Source: Orbicella franksi
Lineage: Eukaryota
Reading direction: 5' to 3'
Length of the DNA: 64,000 nt
NCBI GenBank assembly: GCA_964199315.1
Contig: OZ116708.1
Coordinates: forward strand, 3,906,001-3,970,000
Shown here: piece after piece, positions 36,758 through 49,100 of the stretch
Position numbering within the stretch: the stretch's first letter is position 1
Layout of the letters: the number at the start of each line of letters is the position of its first letter
Made by a program: the position numbers and the translations under genes
The notes under the pieces: generated by a model
Told to the model about the DNA's origin: nothing
The model's input: the letters and a program-made list of their open reading frames with translations, nothing else
Database searches by the model: none

Positions 36758-37318
36758 ATGGTTAGGGAGCTGAACATGGATACGCAGCGTCAAAACTTTT
36801 GGAAAGAGTCGATCAACAAGGAAGCTTATGTGAGGTTAGCGTGGCATACAAGATTTTCCAAAGAATTTGCCCGCGATCCGGCGGCCGCGTCTATAGCTTC
36901 CAAATCCCGTCAACAAGAGGGTCTGAAAATCAACGCTCTGGAGGCGTTCAAACAAGAAATGGAGGAAAAAGAAAAAGAGAAAGAAGAGAAGGAGAAAAGC
37001 AGTCAAAAGAAGCTGGAAGAGAAAGCAAAAACAGATCCTGATGCGCTTCTCGTTGAAATGCGCCCAGTTTCCAGCGGTACAAGAAAATTGCTTTATGATG
37101 GATTCAGCGCGCTCGGTGGCGGCCGCTATGCATATTTACAGCAGAGAAAGCAGAAAAAACCCGAAATGAAGTATGAATTTCCTATTACCAGTTCTTGGGA
37201 AGTTGGATGGAGACTTCAGGACTGTGTTAAACAACAAAATTCACCTTCATTTGGTCGAACTCGAGTGATTCGGGACACGTTTTACCGACCCAACGGTATT
37301 CTATACAAGGACACTTAA
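36758..37318 (+). CDS. SPMIP1: Sperm microtubule inner protein 1-like (ATP6V1FNB family), single exon, 186 aa
   Basis: MVRELNMDTQRQNFWKE...RLAW...EMRPV...TRKLLYDGFS...GRYAYL..RK...PE.KY.FPITSSW..GW.L...F.R.NG follows the vertebrate ATP6V1FNB/SPMIP1 pattern as recalled (RQNFWKEE, LLYEG.S...GRY.YL, FPITTS..YGW). AAAATGG at 36758 is preferred over the TTG at 36722. Confidence 0.85.
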   Translation: MVRELNMDTQRQNFWKESINKEAYVRLAWHTRFSKEFARDPAAASIASKSRQQEGLKINALEAFKQEMEEKEKEKEEKEKSSQKKLEEKAKTDPDALLVEMRPVSSGTRKLLYDGFSALGGGRYAYLQQRKQKKPEMKYEFPITSSWEVGWRLQDCVKQQNSPSFGRTRVIRDTFYRPNGILYKDT

Positions 37319-37934
37319 ACTTGTTGATCAATCAAGTTTACTTTACTTTCCTTCGAGATTTTTGTACCTTAATATCTCGATACCAGTCTTTAAAAACAGA
37401 CAATGCTTTTGTAATACACCGGTGTGCTTTTAATACAGGATGACAGTTTCTTAATCAAGACAATTTAACTTATTAATTTAGACTTCAAGATGTTATTCAT
37501 CATAAGACCTTTGTCGTAACTTTATATCCTTGGCAAATTTGATAACAAGCAATATCAAAGATAGAGCAGTTATATATTAAGACTTAGATTTTAATTGGTG
37601 AGTTTTCTTAATATATTGTTGATTTTCACAAAGTTTTGTATCCTTGCAGAAGGTTTGGTGATGGTGTATTTACTTGAGACACAAAGGAATGTTTTGGATT
37701 TTTACAGAATAAAACGATTATGTCACGCGTGAAAATATGCTGGTACGTTCTTAATTTTAATAGCTTATTAGTCGTGAATGTTTGGGAAATGTCCGAGCAA
37801 GTGAGATGATTTTGCCCAAAACTTACATAAGGAGTAAAAGATTTTATGTTAACCTGGAGATATATGAAAATTATAAATATAATTTCACCACTTTCTAGTA
37901 CCTCTTTTGCCTCTTTCCTAAAACTAGCCTTCAT

Positions 37935-38037
37935 GCAGAGCTTTTCATATGGAAATAGGTTTGATTTGCATAAAAATGAACCTGCAAAGCTTGTCATATG
38001 AAAATAAGTTTGATTTGCATAAAAATGAACCTGCAGG
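37935..38037. repeat. Two-copy ~50-bp tandem repeat
   Basis: catatg(g/a)aaata(g/a)gtttgatttgcataaaaatgaacctgca occurs twice in tandem. Confidence 0.8.
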
Positions 38038-39038
38038 CAAAGCACCTTTAACATGAGTGGTTTTCTCATTTTTGGCATCAAGACAAAGGGATCTTAAAAA
38101 TAACTTAGAAATGGGGTAAATTTTGCTACCTCTCATGAAGATGGCAAAGGGAAGAAACAAACATGCAGGTAAACATATTTTCCTATGAATATGGTTTTGT
38201 ACAAAGGCTCATTTTAACATCAAGGTAAAAGAGAGCTTAGAAAGGGGCTATGAAATTTGCTACTTCTCATATCCACATGGCTTCTGAGGGGGGGGGGGGG
38301 GGGGAGAGGAAAAGCCTGGCCATGCAGGGAGTTAGGTACATGTACATATATACACATAATTTAGCTAGTTCATCTCCCTCGAAAAGCAGACTAGCACCAG
38401 CCCCGTCAGGGAGACAGTGATGGTAACCTTACACCAGAGTGTAAAGCAAACATGAGCAAAGTGTTGAAAAATTATCTGAAAAAATGTCATGTCTTTCTTT
38501 TCCCAACCAACCAGGAACATGCATGAATACTGGCCAGATTTTTGCCTATTGTATTGCACCATGGAATTTTTGTAGCAAGTCATGTAACATGCAAAAATGT
38601 GTTGCAGGTTTTTTCGACACTAGTCCTGCTTTGTGACTGATCACAAAATGAATAAATTACAAAGCCAAAGCTTTATTGTCAACTGAATGACTAGCACAAA
38701 ATTGCTACTCAAATAAATTATTACCTCTTAGAAAGTTTAGTCTCTTTGTCCACAGCCAACTCAGACTCTGCCTCGTTCCACATTTGTTATGAAGTACCTT
38801 GATTAAGAAATATTAACTTTATGGTGAGGTCTTATTAACTATGTTCACATTGTGAAAGGAAAATGAAGAAGATAGGAAGATGTTACAATTTAAAAGCAGG
38901 ACAGGCGCAGAATTTCTCATGTTTAATCTATTACAATAAACTGAAATTCATAAAGTATTATATTTAAAAATAAGCTGCAGTACTATTTTGTGAACTCACT
39001 GGATAATTATTTTTCAAATTCATTAATAATTCATTATT

Positions 39039-39331
39039 CAGGGTTCGTACCCTTTTTCAGAAACAAATTTCCAGGACTCTTCCAGGACTTTTCCAGGACT
39101 CAGATTGATTTTTCCCAGACTCTAAAATTCACATTAACCCTTTCACCCCCAAGATCTTAATGTTAATTCTCCTTACTGTCTACCATACATTTCATAGTTT
39201 TTTACTTGAGTTTAACAGATTTCCAGAACTTTCCAGGACCAGTAGCCCTTTTACAGGACTTTCCAGTCCCGGAAAATGCCGCAATAAAATTTCAGGACTT
39301 TCTAGGTTTTCCAGGACCCGTATGAACCCTG
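39039..39331. mobile_element. MITE with CAGGGTTC termini and internal TTCCAGGAC repeats
   Basis: TIR pair cagggttcgtac / gtatgaaccctg, with about 6 ttccaggac motifs inside. Confidence 0.8.
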
Positions 39332-40186
39332 TTATTAAGTCAGTCTAAACCAAGGAACTCATGACTGTGATGGTGTTTGGATATCTGGTCCTAATCAATT
39401 ATTAGCATTTATTTTTACGATTTTATTTCTGTTTTCTCCTCAATTTTGGTTCTGATTGGGAAGATCTATCAAACTCTCAAGACAGCATTTGACCACATTT
39501 CCAAACACCTCAAAATTCGTCAAAAATCATCTGCTATTAATTGCATTTTCAACTCTTTTCTCAGTACTCAGAAAAGTGGTCAAACACAGTCATTCATGTT
39601 TAATATATTATGTCCATGGTATGCTAGAGGATCACAAGTTACACCCTAACAATATTAGAGGTAACCAATGCAATATCATTAATATTAGTTAATTTTCTAG
39701 TTACCGGCATACTCTTGAGTATTCAAGTGGAGAAATCTAGAAGTATTTATCACATCTATGAGTTCTTGAAGACTAAATTTAATTTTTGATTAGCATGCAT
39801 TAATGAAGAGATTGAAATAGACTGACATACACAAAGATATCCTAATAAAAGATCACTTCTATTACTGAAACTTATGTTCTAAAAGCTTTCAAACACTGGC
39901 ATTTGTAAATAAATGTACATTGGTACCAGTGGCCACTCCAAAAGTGCAAAATTGAATTTTACATTTAAGTAATGAATTATTATATTAATAATATTATAAA
40001 TATTATGATATTGTGTTGATACACAAAAACATTTGTCCTGGTAACATCCATTGGTTGGTCAAAATTAAGACTCTGAGACTAATGAGGCAATTTTGGTACG
40101 GGTTCTAAAATCTGTAGATTCCATTCTCCAGTGATCATTTTGTTGATGTTGTAAATTCCTTCATGCTGATGGTCAGAACCTGTCTG

Positions 40187-43100
40187 TTAAAGTTTCCCAG
40201 GATCTTCCTTCAAAGAGATTGTTCGATTGAACACCAGCTGCCAAGGTAAACAAAACAGAAAATATCATCTGTCATTCTGTCATGTTAAAATGATTTCAAT
40301 ACTACATTTTTAATTATTTATTTTTTCTTAATTTATTGCTCATAGAAAACGAGGACGAGTAGTCTAGTTGTTTTAAGCCTAGAATTAATTTTTATTTTCA
40401 ATTGCGGCATGTGCAATTGTTGTCTGTCAGCCAATAGAAAACGATGAGAGAACCAATCAGATTCATGGATTTCAAATAGGACACAGCTGAGTGGCTACTA
40501 ATACCAAAGGTCTGCATGTTCTGGAAGAAGACAGTTTTAAGGTAACTGATACCCTTTGCATGCCCTAGCGGCCCATGATAGTTAGACAAATATACGATCT
40601 GGATAAAAATAAGGCCCTCACCTTTTGTTTACTGCTGTCAGGATCAACACTAAAGAAACCAATTCTTTCAAACTGAAATTTGTCATAAACTGCAGCTTGT
40701 TTCACTGTGTGCTCAACCAGTGCATCGGGGATTACTGTAAGAGAGTCCTGTCATGACAGAGTATAATATGATAAATTAGAATTAGACTAATTATAATTAT
40801 TAATTATTACTGCAATAATTATTAATAATTATAAAGTTTTATTACAGTAAGTTATGGTACTGCTATGGTCATTATAACTATCAGATAAATTGTTTAGCTT
40901 CAGATTCTGTCAGTTAAACACAGTCATAAAGATATTACTCCTTAAGATGGAAAAGCTGCTATTCTTTTAGTTACACACAAAAATTTTGTCAGGTTTACAG
41001 AAAAGTTTGGCGATAATCAGTTTATAGACCTGTTTGACATAGAGATATGGATGTATGTCGTAAAAGTAGCATCTTGCCCGGCAACACAAGTACGTAAGAC
41101 AAGATAAGCATCAACTACCAAGCATCCACGACACGGCCAGATTATACGTGTAGTTACAGATTTTACCTTGTTGCAGTCTGTTATAAATCCACCAGGTACT
41201 TCAGCTGGGTCCTCAGGATTCTTGTGTTTAAATCTGTGAGGATTCAAAGATTCATTTTATTCATTTGCCTATATATAACTTTGGAGAACCTATCTAATGC
41301 AGATTGGAAACCTCTGTCTGCTCCAAGCTCAAAATCTTCTTGTTATTCAACACAAAACATTTCCCTCAGAGTTGGTTAAGAAAATTTGCTTTAAAGACAC
41401 TTACAATAATTATTAAATAAATAATATTGATATTAAAAGGATTGATTTCATCAGAATGACATTGGAAAGCACACAGTACATTGAACCTGCATCTCCTTCA
41501 ATTGACTATTAATATCCAAACGTGTTTTTAACAAAGACTGGATTTCAAAATACTTACAGTCTCTCATAAAGCCTGACTTCACATTTCACTGGTGAGGATA
41601 CCCAATGAATGAAAGCCTTGGGTTTCGGAGCTGTTTCTGTTGACTCACAGTTGACCAACAATTCGACAACTTTGCCACTGGAATCCTACCACAAAAAAAA
41701 GGTCCATACAAGATAAAAATTACAACTTGCAATGACTTGCAGCACTCTTGAAACAACTATTTATCACTTAGTGTTCGCACAAATGGATGATCAGTGAGAG
41801 AATGATGACTACAAAAATTAATATGTTAACTTACGTTGCATCTGAAATGTCATACCTTCACAACTTTATGAAGTTTAATCACCAGACCAGCATACTTAAG
41901 TCCAACAGATTGATCAGGAGTAAGGCGACGGAAACCCCTTTCTGACACCTAAAATAGACATTTGAAAATAAAGTCAAAATGTTTTCAGAGACAGAAAAAT
42001 GGTTCAATTCAGTTTCAGAGAGAAACACAAACTGAGAAGTGTGTGACTCATTGAGTGACCATCTCAATATTAGCTACTGAAATCACTACATTTGAGCGTT
42101 ACATGAATCATTACTTTCAATTGAAAAACTGAGATCTTCATTAACATTAATCTAACCTCTTTGAAGTCTGTTTGTTCAATGAAGATAGTTTTCTCAAATG
42201 CAATCTCGTGACTCCCTTTACTTGGGTCCTGGGGGAAGTTTGGTACACTGAGCTTGACTTCCTTAGAAAAAAATTATAACATGTTTTTAGTTAATATTAT
42301 CCCACACGATGACACCATTGATAATGTTTACAAGTACCTAGCTTGGGTTAGAAATCATTGTACAGGATGTATTGTACATTGGTTGGAACAGTCAGTTGGC
42401 AGTCAAGTAGGTATTTCCAACCAGTGGGGATCTTGGAACATGTCGTTGGCTTTTACTTACATGTAAGGTCTGATTGTTGTTGTTGTCTTTTTTTATATAT
42501 ATTCCCCACATTTTAATTTTCCACTGAATTTTTCAGCTCTAATTTCATGAAATTTAAAGTACCCTAAATGGATAACATGCTGTGGTACCTTGTCAAAATT
42601 CTGGATTGTAACTTTAAGTGGTTCAAGCACAGCCATCACTCTGAAGAAAGAAAACTAAAAGTTAATAAAAAGAAATTGTAAAAACCTTGGGTTTAGAAAA
42701 CATTTGGTTTGGTGACTGGTTTGGAGTATTCTATACCTAGGAGCAGTGATGTTTAGTTCATCTCGCACACAGGACTCCAGAAGCAGTGGATCTGTGACTG
42801 TCTGAGCCATTGTCACACCAACCTAGAAAAAAAATTAAATACAGTAAATAATACAATGATTTTCTATCTTTGCCATACTCACAGGGGTTTCATTCAGGGC
42901 CGGGCACTTGCAAATTGACCAGATCCAAGGATGATTTTGCCTGCCCTGTTTGACCAACTGGATGAAATTTTTTCTTGTAAAGAAGTTTTATTAGTTCAAA
43001 GGTTTTGCCTGCCTGCAAAAACCAGCTGCCTTCCCGCTGAAAACATTTATCAAAATCTTGAGTCGTCATCATCATCATCATCATCATATTCATCCTTGTC

Positions 43101-46100
43101 ATTGTCCACCTCTTCCTTCTCCTCCTCCTTCTCCCCCAGTGTTTGTTCATCTTCTCCTCTTTCTGGTCCCCCTCTACCATCCTTCCCCCTTCTTCTTGTC
43201 TTGTTCTTGGCATCATCATCACCACCGGTATTAATACAAGAACTGAAATATTGATCACTGTTACCTTGCCACAGAATTTGTTGATAGCTTCAGGAGGAAA
43301 ACCTCTTCTTCTTAGAGCAGTCAGAGTAAACAGCCTTGGATCATCCCAATCCCTGAACAAAGATCATAGAACATTCAAATAAAACTGTGCACACCACAAT
43401 TCGACATCTAGTACTTTCATTAGCTTAACCCACCTTCTGAAGGGAAAAGAAAAACAAAATAAAGCAGTATCCTTTGGTAGCAAAGACTCTGACTATTAAA
43501 ACCACACATGTACATGACTTGTACCACACTTTCTTTGACTTTTGATTAATATTTGATGTCTTATTAACCCCTTAAACTATATCCAAAATAAGGAATTTGC
43601 TCACTGTACACAGTGGTCATTGTATACAGTGCTTTCATTATTAAATTTTTAGCATGTCCCCAGTCCCGTACACAACGAAAGTTAATCCTCCTGAAGGTGG
43701 CATAAAGCAGGTCTAACATATTGTTCAAGTGTTTTGAAGTATCTCAGTTAACTTTGTTACTTATTTTTTATAAACTTTTCTCCTAGCTGGGGTTGACAAT
43801 TTCTTACAATCCAGTAAAAGTTTATCACTGCAAGAGAACCCTTTTTCTTACCTAACAATTCCTGACGTGATTAATTTTCCAATTTTTCTCTTGGACACCA
43901 CAGTGTAACTCAAGTTCAACCTGCCATATTCCCACTGAACAGGGCAGTAAATGTCAAGAGCATTACACAGCCAGTAGTATGATGAACGTCTGTTAAAAAA
44001 AAAACAGTGAAAGCAGTTTAAGTTCTGCGACATAACTAATTAAATCATGACTGTCAAAGATAGAACTTGTGACTTATGATATGTCTCGCCTATCAGTAAT
44101 CTGTTGTTCAATTAACAGTCTGCCTGGATAAATTTGCGTTAAAAATTCTGCCACACAAGGCTTACACTTGTAAAATTCACAGGAAAGCATGCAAAAACAC
44201 ACATCTGTCCACCCCTATTCTGTTTTTGACTTGTTGCATGTGATGTCGTGCATTAAGTTGGACTGTGTGTCTGAGCAAGAAGGAAGACACTGATAAGGAC
44301 ATACAGACACACATTGTGAAAACCAAGAGCAAGTTGAGAGTCTTTGAGTCAAATGTGAGGGCTGTGCCCCTGTATGATTCTGAAACTTGGCGACTGACGA
44401 AAGGATTAAAGCAGAAGTTGCAAGTGTTAAGCAATAAGAGCCCGAGGAATTGGTGGCCTAGACAAATAAGCAATGAAGAGCTTTGGAGACAAGCAGGGCA
44501 GCAACCAGTAGGGCGAGAGATAAGACAAAGAGCCTGGCACATGCTGAGGGCACCAGACAGATACGTAGCCAAGAGGACCATAGAGTGAAACCCACAGGGG
44601 AAGCACAAATGAGAGAGACCCCAGCAGACCTGGAGGTACACAAGAATGGCAGAGTTGGAGAAGAAACAGCTCACATGGCAGGAAGTGAAATATACTGCAC
44701 AAAAAGGAGTCAGGTGGTAGGCACTAGTGGATGACCTATGTTCCACCAGGAACGAAGAGTATTGAGTGAGTGAGAGTGCGTGTCCAAACCTTGGGAAGTA
44801 AAACTTATTGGAACAGCTCAATAATGTAAAAGTCCAAAGGAAACATAAGGGAGAAGTGCAGTGACACAATTTAATTTGTACATTATTTTTACAGTACCCA
44901 CCTGGACTGAAATTCTTTAGTGCAGAGTGAATGAGAGATATCCTCCACTGAATCACAGAGACAGTGAGTAAAGTCATATGTTGGATAAATACACCTGGAA
45001 ATGTCACAAACTGTTAACGGCTTTCAAGTATTACTGCACTGATAAATGTCTATGATACAGCCTACTTGTACATGTAGATCCTAAATCCCCCTTTCTGCTT
45101 TCACAAGTTTTCAGTAACTCTTCTTGGTTGAATGTTGTTAGTTTCAAGTGAAACTCTTTTTCCTGAGAAGATTAGATCCTTTACTCATAACCAATGGATA
45201 TATAGATCAAGCATTTTTTTATTCTTTTGGGATACTAACTTATGACTTTGTCTGCACCTCACTATCAGTTTCATCTCCAGGAAACCCCAGCCATACCCTC
45301 TTAATTAGCTAAGTACCATTCATCTCCACTCCTGTGGTGAGGGGTGAATTTGATGCGGTATGCTACAGGGTCCATTTTGCCATCCTCCAGGGTGGTCTTC
45401 ATCCGTAAGGTTGCCTTGAAGGGACAAAATAATTACAAAATAAAATTACAGTATTATGTAATAATATTCACAACCATTAATAACAATAACTAGCTTATGG
45501 TTCACATTTTCTGAAAGTAATTGATCAAAATCTTGGAGTGAAACAAAATACAGTTTTGCCATATGCAAAATTGTACAAATTTAAATCCTTACCGCTCCTT
45601 CATCTATTTTTCCTTTTTTCATGTCCTAAAAGAGTACAAGATAAAAAAATAATTTGCAATTAGAAAAATGTAATCAAAGGAAATCCTAAATTAATAGTAG
45701 TTTGCAGCAGCATTATTAAATAAGGTGAACAGGAAACAATCACGTTTTTAGTAGTCCCCATGTGATATCATTATGACCATGATCATCACCATCATCAATC
45801 CCAGGTTTCCAACAGGGAAATAGAGCCTTGACCCCCTTGGGATAATATACAACTGTTACAGTGGAAGAGGTGTCCCCAGTTAGGTGTTCCCAGTTACATG
45901 TAGTAGAGGGTTTCACCCTCGGCTTTTTTACCTAGGCTCATTAATAAAGTTGTTGTTGTTGTTGTTGTTGTTACACTTCCAATAGACAAGGAAGAAACAA
46001 GAGTTGTTGAGAAGGTGGAAGATTAAGACAAATAACAAATGATGATGAAATTGAGATACTTAGGAATATTGTTTCAACAACAAACCTCAAAGAGCCTTAG

Positions 46101-49100
46101 TGACTCTTCTATTGGTCTATCCCTCCAGGGGCTGGGTGGAGGGTTGTGCCCCTTGATTTCCTCATATTGCTGATGGCAAACATAAGCATGTCCCCTAAAT
46201 TGGAGCAAAATAATACCAAAATTAACAACTGAAAATAACTTGATTTTTCAGTATACCACACTAAATAAATATATCATCCTTATACTGTAAGAGGAATGTA
46301 GAGGTCAATATAAGTCTAAATGTATTATTGATAGTAATGTCATACTTCACAGTACTTTTTAAACATAACATGTGAAGTAAAAACTTATTATTATTGATAA
46401 TTACATGCATCAGAGTGAGATTCCTCACTGGACAGGTGCCATAATATCTCAATTTGCACTGATCACACTAAATACCTTTTAATCAGTTCTACCGCAAAGT
46501 CATACAGCTTTCCAAAATTGTCGGAGGCATGAGTGATTTTCCAAGGCTCAAAACCTGAGGACAAACCAAACAGATTTCAATATGTACAATTCTGACAGCC
46601 CAGCCAACTGACATCATCACTGCTTCCCAAATACAATGCAAGCTGGTGAAGAAGGGAGTGGAGAAATACAGTCTTTAGTTAGACACTTTGCTGCCAATCA
46701 TTACTTAGCTCAACAGATACAGTGTAGCAATACGTAAAAAAATAAGTCCTTTTCTTTTATATCATTTACCTAACCATTTGACCATATCCAAGATTCCTGT
46801 GAAAAATTTCTCCTCTTCTTTCTCCGGGTTGGTGTCATCATACCTTAGATAGCATACTCCATTGTTTGCCTTTGTAAAGAAAGAACGAGTAAAGCTGAGG
46901 TTTGTCTCAGGAAAGAAGGAGGGAGGGAAGGAAGAGGGAGAGAGGGAGAGAGAAGGGTAGACAGGTACAGTAGGTGAGTGAATGGGTGGGTGAAACTTAT
47001 TCCTGACCACTTCCCATAGCCAAAGGAGGTGACAAGATTAGCTACTTCCCCTGGAAGGGATGCTAGTCCCTTGCAGGTTACCAGGGCTGACAATTTCCCA
47101 AATACTATACCAGTAGTACCCTTCTTGGAGAGAACCAGTCTGTCTTGCCCAAGAACACAACACAACCCTGCTAAATCCAAAGTCTAACTTGCTAACCAAA
47201 ACCATGGCCACAGTATCTCCTAGGTTCAAGCACTAATATCCATTCACTGGAAAACAAGGTTCTCTATTGGGTACGCGAGTGTTTTTCTGCACCATAAGAC
47301 TCACCCTCGCATAACCAAAGTTGAAATTGATGGCTTTGGCATGACCAATGTGAAGAATACCATTAGGTTCAGGAGGAAATCTTGTTTGCACCTGGAGAAA
47401 AAAAAAAGTCACATCAGCATCTCTAGAATCATCATGAGGCAAACCTGGTTTGCACATACAATTCCAGAGTCAGGGCATGAACCAGGACCAGTCTTAATCT
47501 GGAGTCTTGTGCAGTAATGATTTTACATTTATTTACTATGCTTCCATGCCTCCTGTTAATAAATGTACTTTCAAAATATTTTTTAGCATTTACCCTTCCA
47601 CCAGTTCTCTCTAAATGTTCCTTCAGCAGTGTCATAGTCTTTGGAGTCAACACATAACCAGGGGTCTTGAAGTTTTCCCCTGAAGAAGGACAGCACAAAA
47701 ACATTAAATGTACCTTATACTTTAACTGAAAAGCAACCACTGTTATATATTAGCTAAGGGTTCTAATGGTCAAGATATTCTTTTAAAAGCTTCACCAAAA
47801 ATGGCATAAAAATGAACAAAATTGTGCTCAGCCTGATATTATTTGCAACAAATCTTAGATTTGGACTTGATAACTTTTAATCTCATCTCACTTTTAAAAT
47901 GTTATATGATATATGTGTTGTTGAAGATTCAATTTAAATTGCACTAACAATTATATAGCTAAAGCTGGTTTTGGTAGGTGAGGTCACCTGGTTTGTGGAA
48001 CTTGCTTGCCTCTCCAAACATAGTATTTGCCTCATCATCTCCAGCATCGCCATTTTCTGAAAAGGACAAAGTCAAAATACAAACTAGTTACTTCCATCCA
48101 CCTTTAAGGAGGAGAACATACATTATGACTATGCTTACATGAACATGAACAGATCAAAGATTCCCTGGATGATTTACTCATATAATACCTTGCATCTCCG
48201 CAGGAGCTGCACGTGACTCCTTAGCTGTCTTTCCTTCTTTACTGGGTTTAGATTCCTATGATATGCAATCAAAAATTAATAGCCCTGATGTCGATCAACA
48301 TACATGTACACTGTACAAAATTGAAAATTTTCGCTTTGGACAATGTTGTCAATCAACAAACCAATTCCTTTCAACAATGTTGTAGTGGGTAGTTTTGTGC
48401 ATTTCTTACACCACTATGTTCATGTACATTTATTATGATAATCATGTTACTGTTGGTAAATAAATTATTAAATTAATATTAATTTCTCTTTTTCTCCAGT
48501 TCTTCTCATCTGATGAACTGCAACTTCTATAATTATGTACTATGTAAAAACTACAATGTACATTGCCATATTGTAATCTGTTATGCAATTTAACAATGTG
48601 AGTGTTCAGTTCCAGAAAATATCCATACTCCCTCCCCCCCCCCTCCCCCACAGAAGGGATTGGAATTTCCTGGGGGGTGGGGGTTCTGTAAGATCAAAAC
48701 ATTTAAAGAAATGTATGACGCTCAATTGGAATTTCCAGAGGGGTGGAGGGGGGGACTTAGAAAAATTCCCTTCCATGGTGGGGGTATGGATATTTTCTGG
48801 AACTACACAATAACATTTGCTACTAACGTCAGTTCAATGACAAATCTTCAATTCTAAAAGGCTAGCTTAACTTACAGCAATTTATCAACTAACTGAGTAC
48901 CGGTATGTGGCAAAGGCATGATAGATACAAGTATGAACATAGGTTAAACAGAATGTCATAATTATTGCAAAATAAACTTCCTAAGGAATACCTTTGTTTT
49001 GGACGGCTGCAAGTCTGCTTCTGTTTTAGGTCCCAGTAAATCTAAGATCTGTGTAAAAAGAAAAATCACTTAACTCCAAGCAACCCAAATAGTTAATATG

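Noticed and set aside
42890-43360. ORF joining a QARS1 exon to poly-Met/Arg tracts
   Set aside because: Intron read-through across a (CAT)n/(CTC)n microsatellite; a GT donor follows FCGK.
44177-45007. 276-aa minus-strand ORF
   Set aside because: It is an off-frame QARS1 exon plus the antisense strand of a decayed LINE, with no coherent protein signal.
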